A stretch of 64,000 nucleotides of DNA from an uncultured bacterium. GTDB taxonomy: Bacteria; Acidobacteriota; Thermoanaerobaculia; Multivoradales; JAHZIX01. Positions 1 to 8,300 of the stretch are shown one piece after another. Under the pieces are notes generated by a model. That model was given only the letters and a program-made list of their open reading frames with translations. It did not search any database and was not told the DNA's origin. Position numbers and translations under genes: made by a program. Within the stretch, counting starts at the first letter, position 1, and the number at the start of each line of letters is the position of its first letter. The stretch is taken from the NCBI GenBank assembly GCA_965368975.1, contig CBDUPA010000023.1, positions 28,332-92,331 on the forward strand, in the 5' to 3' direction.

Positions 1-676
1 CACCGGAGGTCTGTGACGTGCCCAGAGCGCCGTCGAGCAGGACCAGCGTCAGCAACGGGCTGTTGGGCGGAATCTCGACGTCGTTGACGTAGGCAGCTTC
101 GGCTGGGGGGCGAGAACCGCGGGAGACGGCGGTCGGGGTGCTGGCGAGCAGGTTGACGACCGGCGTGTTGAGCAAGGGGCCGAGGTCGTCGGTGGTGATC
201 TGCGGAGCGAGCAGGCTGTAGATCAAGGCGACCGCGAGCACGACGGCGATCAGCGAGGCCGCCAGGGCCCAACGACGCCACGATTGGGCGCTGCGGCTCA
301 CACCTGGCTCCTGTGGACGACGGAAGGGCAAGGGAGCTGCATCCTCGGCTGTAGGCTCACAAACCAGTTCGAGTTCCTGCTGGCACTCGGCACACGCTTC
401 GAGGTGATTGCGTACCAGCGTCAAGCGCGGGCTGGCCTCCAATTGCCCGAGGGCGAAGTCGACCAGGTCTTCCGCCGGTACGTGACCAGCATGCAGATCG
501 CGGGCGCGGCGCGTGGCCCGCAATTCCTCGCGGCACGCATCACAGGTGCGCAAGTGTTGCTCCACCAGCCGCGCTTCGTGCTTGTCGAGGGTGCCATTCA
601 ACCACCAGGGCAGCAATTCGCTCACCGTCCGGCACTCGAGGCCCGAGGTCCCGCTCGACGCGGCCTGTTCCGACAT
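1..676 (-). CDS. Membrane-anchored anti-sigma factor with two tandem zf-HC2 (ZAS) domains; runs off the left window edge
   Basis: Not in the ORF track (no stop inside the window). Manual translation from ATG at 676: MSEQAASSGTSGLECRTVSELLPWWLNGTLDKHEARLVEQHLRTCDACREEL...HVPAEDLVDFALGQLEASPRLTLVRNHLEACAECQQEL...WRRWALAASLIAVVLAVALIYSLL. Two HxxxCxxC motifs plus a TM helix, 4 bp downstream of the sigma factor stop. Confidence 0.88.
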   Translation of the reverse strand, partial: MSEQAASSGTSGLECRTVSELLPWWLNGTLDKHEARLVEQHLRTCDACREELRATRRARDLHAGHVPAEDLVDFALGQLEASPRLTLVRNHLEACAECQQELELVCEPTAEDAAPLPFRRPQEPGVSRSAQSWRRWALAASLIAVVLAVALIYSLLAPQITTDDLGPLLNTPVVNLLASTPTAVSRGSRPPAEAAYVNDVEIPPNSPLLTLVLLDGALGTSQTSG

Positions 677-680
677 GAGC

Positions 681-1283
681 CTACTTTACAGCTTGACGGC
701 GTTCTGGGGAACCCTCGTCGTGTGCTGGCTGTTTCGGCTCACCGTGGTGCGTCTGCCACCAAGCCAGGGCGCGTCGACGGCAACGCAGCACGCGCACGCG
801 CAACGTGCCGGTCGCGATGCCCAGCTCGTCGCTCATCTCGCGGTAACTCTTGCCGGCCAGAATCAGCGTCCACAGCCGGCGGCAGTCGGCGGGCATCTGG
901 TGCATCAGGTGGTGTAGCCGGGTCACGGCTTGGGCCTCTTCGATACGCCGCAGCACGGAGGGTCCGCGCGCCCGTGGCTCGGGCAGGTTGTCGTCCTCTG
1001 CGCTGACTTCGCGCGAGCGTTTCTGGTCACGCAGCAAGTTGAGACACGTACACTGTGTGACTCGCCACAGGTAGGTGCGCAGCCGCGAGTCGCCGCGGAA
1101 GGATCCGGTGCGCAGCAGGCTGGTGACTTCGAGCAGTAGCTCCTGCTCGACATCCTCCCAGGGCATGCGCAGCGACACCCGGAAGCGCCTGCCTGCCTGC
1201 CCCAACCACTGCCGAATCTGGGCCACTGCGTTGGCGTCGCCGTTCAGGAAGTCCGCGATGAGCTGCTGATCGTCTCCGTGCAT
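681..1283 (-). CDS. ECF (sigma-70 family, group 4) RNA polymerase sigma factor
   Basis: Region 2 (WEDVEQELLL...FRGDSRLRTYLWRVTQCTCLNLLR) and region 4 (GKSYREMSDELGIATGTLRVRVLRCR). Likely start is MHGDDQQLI at 1283; the ORF track extends to 1406. Confidence 0.92.
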   Translation of the reverse strand: MHGDDQQLIADFLNGDANAVAQIRQWLGQAGRRFRVSLRMPWEDVEQELLLEVTSLLRTGSFRGDSRLRTYLWRVTQCTCLNLLRDQKRSREVSAEDDNLPEPRARGPSVLRRIEEAQAVTRLHHLMHQMPADCRRLWTLILAGKSYREMSDELGIATGTLRVRVLRCRRRALAWWQTHHGEPKQPAHDEGSPERRQAVK

Positions 1284-1323
1284 GATCCCCGGTGTCAGGA
1301 GCTGTGCTCGAGTGTCTTGGTGC

Positions 1324-1353
1324 TTGTCACTAGTGAAGTTGTCATTAGTGAAA
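1324..1353. repeat. 15-bp tandem duplication (ttgtcaYtagtgaaR x2) upstream of the sigma factor
   Basis: ttgtcactagtgaag / ttgtcattagtgaaa. Confidence 0.7.
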
Positions 1354-1427
1354 TAGACATTCGTACACGGGGAATTCCCGCGATAGCTCTGGTGTGAGCA
1401 CTCCAAGGGTGCTTCACGAATAGGCAG

Positions 1428-1457
1428 TGTAACGCTTCCGGGCGCTTCGGTGACTAA
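1428..1457 (+). promoter_or_regulatory. Candidate ECF-type promoter for the defensin-like gene
   Basis: TGTAAC (1428-1433), 17-nt spacer, TGACTAA (1451-1457). An AAC-containing -35 is typical of ECF promoters; about 80 bp upstream of the ATG at 1535. Confidence 0.4.
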
Positions 1458-1534
1458 CCCTCTACGAGGTTCAGCCCGTTCAGCGTGAGCGGCATCCTCA
1501 GGTCACTTTCTACGAACCAAGGAGGTTCAACACC

Positions 1535-1867
1535 ATGAAGAACACTTTCCTCAGTCTGCTCGCCGTCCTGTGTCTGGCCGCGCTGATCTTTGCGCCGCTG
1601 ACCTTCGCCAACGAAGCCCCTGCCGACGTGCCGGTTGCCAACCAGACGCTGGATCTCGCGGATATCGTCAACCCCCAGTCGAGCGTCGAGACTACGGGCG
1701 CCGAGATGTCCACGGACACCCCGAGTCCCGACTTCATGCAGGGTCCCTATCCTGGGCACGCTGCCTGCTTCGACTTCCACGACGAGTGCAGCATCTACTG
1801 TGCCCTCCAAGGCTATCTGTACTACAGCGCCAACTGCAACAATATGACCTGCAGCTGCTACAGCTGA
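1535..1867 (+). CDS. Secreted prepropeptide with a C-terminal six-Cys CS-alpha/beta defensin-like core
   Basis: RBS AAGGAGG, Sec signal peptide (MKNTFLSLLAVLCLAALIFAPLTFA), acidic pro-region, core C-x6-C-x3-C-x11-C-x4-C-x-C-YS. Confidence 0.82.
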   Translation: MKNTFLSLLAVLCLAALIFAPLTFANEAPADVPVANQTLDLADIVNPQSSVETTGAEMSTDTPSPDFMQGPYPGHAACFDFHDECSIYCALQGYLYYSANCNNMTCSCYS

Positions 1868-1950
1868 TCGTCATGTCTGTCGGATGAACGTCCTGCCCGT
1901 AGGATGTTCGATAGGGGGGTCTCCTTGAGGGGGGAGGCTCTTCTTTGCAT

Positions 1951-4900
1951 CTAGCGCCAATCGCCGTTCAGCTGAAAGCCTGCCCAGTGGAACGGGTGTG
2001 CTGCTCCCGGCAGAGCCAGCAGGTCCATCTTGGCGAGTCGCAGAGATTCGGCCTTGTTCTTTCCTTGCCTGAGGTAGTGATAGAAGCGTTGCATCAGCTG
2101 GCTGGTCGAGGCATCGTCGACCTGCCACTGCGACGCGAGCACCGAGCGCGCACCCGCGAACTGGAAAGCTCGAGTCAAGCCGATGAGGCCCTCGCCGCCG
2201 GCTTCCGTGCCGAGTGCGGTGTCGCACGCCGAGAGGGTGACCAGATCGGCGTCGAGCCGCAGCTCTTCGAAGATTTCCCATACTTGCAGCAGGCCGTTTT
2301 CCCGCTCTTCTCGTCCTGGCTCCGGCAAGTTCTCATTCTTGGGTAAAGCCAGCGCCAGCGCTGACTCGAAAGGGGAGCGGTCGTTGAGTAGGCCGTGGCA
2401 GGCGAAGTGCACCAAGTCGGCCTGCCCGGCCAGGGCCTTGACGCGCTCTTCTGTCGCGGCGTCGCCGAGGAACCCCAGGGATTCGGGGAAGAGACGCTGC
2501 AGGGCACGCACTTCGGCGCGGCTTCCCGGTAGCTGAGGCAAGCTGCCTGACGCAGGTGTACCGGCCACGGCTTCACGGGTGTACTCGGGGTCGCCGAAAG
2601 CGACCAGGCGTTGTGCGGAGTCCGCCCGTCGACGATCCTTCAGCTGGGCGAGGACCGTCACCGAGGCGGCAAAGTGCAGTGACTTGCTCTGGGCCAGGTA
2701 GCGTGGTGGTCCGGGGACGGACGGATCGGCGAGGACGCCGAACGGCAGCCGGTGCAACGGACCATCGGCGACAAGCAGCAGGCGCTCGGCGCGGTGGATC
2801 TGGTCTGTCGCCGGCGCCAGCAGCAGCGCACTCAGACGCCGGCTGTGCGCCAGCACCGGTTCGACGCGCGCGTCCGTGGTGCCGCGTGCCAGCAGCCCGC
2901 GCAGGCGTTCGACCTCGGCGGCCAGTGGCTCGTGGCTCGTGGTTAGCTCGAACATGGCGAAGTCCGAGCGCCCCGGTCCAACCGCGAACAGGAAACTCGT
3001 CGCCTCGCCGATGACGTACGACAGCAGCAAGGTGCCCGGGTCGAGCGCGGCCCGTGCAGCTGTCAGGTCGAGGGGGACGGCGTGGTCGAGGTCGGCGAGC
3101 TTCGGGGCTTCCGTCCGGATGCGCGATGCCAGCTCGTGCTGCTCTTGGCGCACTCGGATCAGTCGCTGTCGCAGCTCTTCGCCGCGCTCTTGCGAGACCG
3201 GGGTCGTGGTCAGTTCGGCGTACAGGCGATCGTACTCGGCGTTGACGAGCCGCCGCTCACGTTGCAGCGCTGCAGGTAGCTCCTGGTCGAAGCTCAGGTC
3301 CCGGCGCGCCATCAGGCGCAGCAGTCCGCGGGCTCGGTAGCGTTCCGAGATCTCGAAGGCTGTTGCTTGCCACGCTGGTGGCCTTGCCTGCTGCAGCAAC
3401 TCGATCATCTCGTGGTAGTAGGCTGAAAACTCAACGGCGAAGAGGCTGTGGTTCTCGGCGGATCCGCCAGCGCGCAGCTGCTGGGCTTCCAGTGCTCGCA
3501 GGGCTCTCTGGTGCAAGGACAGGGCGTGCGTCAGCTGGCCTTGCTGCCGGTAGAGACGCGCCAGCTGCAGCGCCGCCTCGGCTTCTTCCAAGGTGCCGGC
3601 AGGACGAAGGAAGCTGGGGCCCAAGGATTCCTCTAGCAGAGCCACGGCTGTCGCGGCGTCGGAGTGGCTCAAGACGGTCGCCAACAAGTGCAGGCTGCGC
3701 GCTACGGACAGGCTGTTCGGGTCGATCGCCCGTTGGATCTCCAGTGCCTGACGCTGGTAGCGCTCGGCTGCGTCGAGTTCCCCCTGGCGCAGGGCGAGCT
3801 GGCCCAGATTGTGGAGACCAAGGCTATACGGCAGGCTGTCGGGCAGCCGTTTTTCCAGAAGAGCCTGTGCGCGTTCCTGGTAGGCGCGAGCTTGCAGCAG
3901 CTGACCGCGTCGTGCGGCGACGTCGGAGAGATTGCTCAGGTTCAGGCTGACGTTTGGGCTGCCGGGGGAGAGCTGGCGGTTGATCTCCAGCGCCTGCAGG
4001 TGGTAGGCCTCCGCAGCTTCCAGGTCGGAGCGTACAAAGGCGATCGAGCCGAGCAGACTCAGGCAGCCCGCGGCCCCGAGGCTCTGTGGTGCTTCCCGTT
4101 CGAGGCTGCGGCGCACCAAGGTCTCGGCACCTTCCAGGTCACCGCGAAAATACGAGACTGTCCCCAGGTTGTACAAGACTCGAGTTCTTTCCGGGCTGCG
4201 CGGATCGGTCTGCTCTGTGATGTCCAGAGCACGCTGGAGGTATGTCTGGGCGGTCACCAGGTCTCCGCGAGTCTGCTGCAGGAGTCCCAGATTCATCAGC
4301 GCTCGCACCACCGACATGCTGTTGGGCGTCCAGTGCTCGGCCAGGTCGAGACTGCGCTTGAAGTACATCTCGCTTTGCTCGAGGTCGCCGAGCCGGCGGT
4401 GGACGATGCCCAGGTTGTTGAGCACGGTCGCAGTGGACTGTCCTTCCGGGGCCAGGTCGAGACAGATTTCGAGCGCCTGGTTGAGCAGGATGCCCGCTTC
4501 GTGCACCTTGCCGTGGCGCCCGGTGGCGACGCCCAGGAAGTTGAGCACGCGCGCAACGCCCAGACTCTGTGGCTCCTGCTGCTGGCGCAGATCCAGCGCG
4601 GCATGGTAGTACTTGAGAGCCTTGCCCAGCTGGTCGAAACGCTCGGCGATGCGTCCCCGGGTCTCGACGACATGGATCTGTACCAGAGTGTCCCCAGACT
4701 GCACGGCGGCCCGCGCAGCCGCGTCGAGCGGCTCCTCGGCGGCCGCCCAGCCGGTATCCGCCGGTATCTGCCGCGCTGTCAGTACGTAGAGCCAGGCCGC
4801 CGTGCCGTGGTCTCCCGCCGTCTGCAGCTGCTGCGCCAACCGCGTCCAGGCATCGTTGACCGGGCCCCGCTGCACATCAGCTTGCCGGCTCCAGCCTTGC

Positions 4901-5391
4901 TGGTAGAGCGCCCGGTCGTCCGGGTGCAAGAAGGCTCGCACCGTGAAGTCCCAGGCTTCGGGACCGACGGTCCAGACTCTGGGCAAACCACCGCGCTGTC
5001 CGTGTAGGACGACCGGCCCCAGCGGTCCGTGTTCGAGTTCGACCTCGTCGAAGTGAAACGGCGTGAGCAGCGGTCCGGACGCCGCCGCTGGCAGGCGCGG
5101 AGAGGTCGGTAGCCGTTGCCAGGAGAGTAGTTCGTCTCCCGGTCGCAGCCCTGCCGCGGCGGCGGCAGATTCCGGGTTGCAGGACTCGACCACGATGCGC
5201 TGCAGCTGTGCGCTGGGTTCGCGGTTGGCAGCCGGCGGCGGGTTGGAAGTTGCTGGTGCAGCGGCCGCGGAGGTCAGCCACAGCAGCAAGATCCACGCCC
5301 AGCTCAGCAGGGCCGTGGTCGGTGCACGGGTGGCGTCAGTGCGGTGGGTCTGCGGGGTTCCTCGTCTCTGTCGACGTTCGATAGCGGTCAT
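1951..5391 (-). CDS. Secreted TPR-CHAT (caspase-like) protease with an N-terminal PDZ-like segment
   Basis: Hydrophobic signal ending in AAAA, PDZ-like AAAAGLRPGDELL, many ~42-aa TPRs (LNNLGIVH, LMNLGLL, LYNLGTV, LHNLGQL), CHAT catalytic motifs VHFACHG and VTLSACDT, C-terminal HPFHWAGF. Confidence 0.93.
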   Translation of the reverse strand: MTAIERRQRRGTPQTHRTDATRAPTTALLSWAWILLLWLTSAAAAPATSNPPPAANREPSAQLQRIVVESCNPESAAAAAGLRPGDELLSWQRLPTSPRLPAAASGPLLTPFHFDEVELEHGPLGPVVLHGQRGGLPRVWTVGPEAWDFTVRAFLHPDDRALYQQGWSRQADVQRGPVNDAWTRLAQQLQTAGDHGTAAWLYVLTARQIPADTGWAAAEEPLDAAARAAVQSGDTLVQIHVVETRGRIAERFDQLGKALKYYHAALDLRQQQEPQSLGVARVLNFLGVATGRHGKVHEAGILLNQALEICLDLAPEGQSTATVLNNLGIVHRRLGDLEQSEMYFKRSLDLAEHWTPNSMSVVRALMNLGLLQQTRGDLVTAQTYLQRALDITEQTDPRSPERTRVLYNLGTVSYFRGDLEGAETLVRRSLEREAPQSLGAAGCLSLLGSIAFVRSDLEAAEAYHLQALEINRQLSPGSPNVSLNLSNLSDVAARRGQLLQARAYQERAQALLEKRLPDSLPYSLGLHNLGQLALRQGELDAAERYQRQALEIQRAIDPNSLSVARSLHLLATVLSHSDAATAVALLEESLGPSFLRPAGTLEEAEAALQLARLYRQQGQLTHALSLHQRALRALEAQQLRAGGSAENHSLFAVEFSAYYHEMIELLQQARPPAWQATAFEISERYRARGLLRLMARRDLSFDQELPAALQRERRLVNAEYDRLYAELTTTPVSQERGEELRQRLIRVRQEQHELASRIRTEAPKLADLDHAVPLDLTAARAALDPGTLLLSYVIGEATSFLFAVGPGRSDFAMFELTTSHEPLAAEVERLRGLLARGTTDARVEPVLAHSRRLSALLLAPATDQIHRAERLLLVADGPLHRLPFGVLADPSVPGPPRYLAQSKSLHFAASVTVLAQLKDRRRADSAQRLVAFGDPEYTREAVAGTPASGSLPQLPGSRAEVRALQRLFPESLGFLGDAATEERVKALAGQADLVHFACHGLLNDRSPFESALALALPKNENLPEPGREERENGLLQVWEIFEELRLDADLVTLSACDTALGTEAGGEGLIGLTRAFQFAGARSVLASQWQVDDASTSQLMQRFYHYLRQGKNKAESLRLAKMDLLALPGAAHPFHWAGFQLNGDWR

Positions 5392-5399
5392 GGCGCATG

Positions 5400-8300
5400 C
5401 TACAGCAGCTCGTTGACGTCCGCCTCTGACATCTCTTCGATCTCTGTGAGCAGGTCATCCAGGTCGTCCACTCCGACGACTTCGGCTTGCTCACGCGCCA
5501 CGCGCACGCTCAGGCCGGCGACGGTGGGGGCTTCGAAGACGGCGCGCAGGGGCACTTCGACGCCGATCTGATCGCGGATGGCGGTGACCACTCGGCCGGC
5601 GAGCAGGCTGTGGCCGCCGAGGTCGAAGAAGTCATCACGCACGCCGACGCGTTCGACGCCGAGCAAGCCTTGCCAGATGTCGCACAGGGTGTGCTCGAGG
5701 TGGCTGCGCGGTGCCAGGTAGGCAGCGGTGGTGCTGCCCGGCCAGCCACGGTCGCGCAGCGAGCCGCGGTCCAGTTTGCCGTTGGGCAGATGGGGGAGGC
5801 TACGCTCAGCGACAAGGGCGGCGGGTACCTGGTGGCTGGATAGGGCGGCTTCGAGCTGCTGGCGGATAGCGTCGAGGTCCAGATCCTCGGACGGGTCACC
5901 TTCCGGGACGACACCTTCCGGGACGATATAGGCCGCCAGGCGGGTGTCGCCCTCGACCTGGATTGGTACTACGGCGGCCTCGCTGATCTGTGGCAGGCCG
6001 GCGAGTACGGTTTCGGTCTCGCCGGGTTCGACGCGCACCCCGCGCACTTTGACCTGCTGGTCGAGACGGCCGATGAACTCGAGTTCGCCGAGCGGATTCC
6101 AACGCACCAGGTCGCCGGTGCGGTAGAGGCGCCGGCCACCCGTACCCGTACCAGAGCCAGTCCCGGAGGCGGGATCGGGGACGAAGCGCTCGGCGGTGAG
6201 GGCAGGGCGGCCGAGGTAGCCGCGCGCCAGTCCGTCGCCACCGGCACACAACTCGCCGGCACAACCGATCGGTACTGGTTGGCCGTGGCGGTCGAGCAGA
6301 GAGACGTGGGTGTGCGGCAGGGGCCGGCCGATCGGTACGGTGCGTGCTCCGGCCGGGACGCGACGCACGCGGCCGGCGGTGGTGTAGGTGGTGTTCTCGG
6401 TCGGGCCGTAGACGTGCAGCAGGCGCTCGGGGCCGCCGGGAGATTCGCTGAGCACGCGGCGGATGCGTGCCGGGTCGACCAGCTCGGCGCCGTACTGCAC
6501 CTGAGTGATGGCGGCGAGGGCATCTGGAGCGAGCTCCTGCATCTGGTAGAGCACCGAGGTGAGGACGAAGAGGTTGCTCACGCCTTGCTGGCGCAGCGCG
6601 CGCGCCAGGCGTGCCGGGTCGCGTTGCAGCCGGCGGCGAATGCCGACGATGGTACCGCCAGTGAGCAGCGGCGCCCACAGCTCCCAGGTGGCGGCGTCGA
6701 AGGCAATGTTGGCGACCAGGGCGACGCGTTCGCCGGCTGCGGGTAGCGTTTGTGGAACGCCGTGTAGTCCTTCACTGGGTAGCCCTCCACCGGGTAACCC
6801 CTCACTGGATAATAGGCCACCGCCGAGCACCAGGCGGTGGACGGCGCGGTGGGGGATCGCGGCGCCTTTGGGGCGGCCAGTGGAGCCGGAGGTGTAGATG
6901 ACGTAGGCTAGGCTGTCGGCCCGGGCTTGCTCCGAGATTCTCTCGGTCTTAGCGGGAGAATCCGTGAATTGTGCGGCGACAATGTTTAGGGCCGAAGATT
7001 CGTCGGTAGACGGGGCGAATTTCTGCTCTTCTTCCGCCATGTAGCGTGACGCGGGCAGTTCCAGGGCGTCGAGATGCCTTGGGTGGCCGAGGACGCAGAC
7101 GGCGCCGCTGTCTTCGAGCAGGAAGCGTTGGCGCTCGACGGGATCGTCGGGGTCGAGCGGCAGGTAGGCGCCGCCGGTGTGCAACACGGCGAGGACGGCG
7201 ATGATCAGCTCGGGGGAGCGGCTGAAGCACAGACCGACGCGCACATCCGGGCCCAGCGGTAGCTCGTGGGTAGCGGCTTGGCGCCGCAGTCGGGCGGCCT
7301 GGTGGCGCGCCCGGGCGTCGAGCTGGAGGTAGCTGAGATGAAGTCTGCCATAGACCACGGCGACGGAGTCCGGCTGCCGATGCACGATAGCTTCGAAGGC
7401 GGGCAGCAGGGTCAGGTCGTCGTGTCTGCTCGTGGACTGCCTTCTCGCGGACTGTCTTCTCGCGGACTGTAGCGTCGCTGAGGAGCACTCGGCGACGCTG
7501 CTCCATTCGTGGAGCAGCTGGTGCCGCTCACTGGCGTGCAGCCACTCCAGGTGTTGCACCGGCGTGTACGGTTGTTCGAGTCCGGCGCTGAGCAGGGCCT
7601 GGTAGTGGCGCATCCAGCGCGCGACGGTGGTAGCGTCGAACAGGTCGGCATCGTAGGAGGCAGCGCCGCTGAAGCCGCCTCCGGGTCGGCTCTGGAAGTG
7701 GACTTCCAGGTCGAAGTGGGTGGCGTGGAAGTCGAGCGGCAGCGGTTCGAGCTGCAGAGCTTCCGTCGCCTCGCCGCCGAAGTCGACGCGCGGCTGCGGC
7801 AGGTCTTGCAGCGCGAAGCTGACCTGCAGTAGCGGCGTGCGCGACAGGTCGCGCTGCGGCGAAAGTTCTTCGACCAACTTCTCGAACGGCAGGTCCTGGT
7901 GCTCGTAGGCGCCCAGCGCGGTGTCGCGGATCTGCTCCACCAGCTGCTCGAAGGAGAGTTCCCGGCGCCCGCCCTCGTCGTCTTCGGTGCGCAGTCGACA
8001 GCGCAGCGCCAAGGTGTTGACGAAGAAACCGATCAGCCGTTCCAGCTCGGCCAGCGGCCGGCCGGCTATCGGCGAACCGATGACCACGTCGTCCCGTCCG
8101 TCGACGGCACCCGCGAGGCGGCCGGCGGTGGCGGCGAAGCCGGCGAGCAGTGCCATGAAGGGTGTCAGGCCTCGGCGCTGGCTGAAGGCGTGCAGGTGGT
8201 GACTGAGGTCGTCGGGCAGGTGGACGGCCAGGCCTCGGCCGCGGAAGCGCTGCAGACTGCGGCGCGGGCGGTCGGTGGGGAGTTCGAGCGGCGGCGGCAG

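Noticed and set aside
1951-5391. Type III-E CRISPR (Craspase) locus suggested by TPR-CHAT plus sigma factor
   Set aside because: No Cas7-11 or other cas gene and no repeat-spacer array in the window; this CHAT has a signal peptide.
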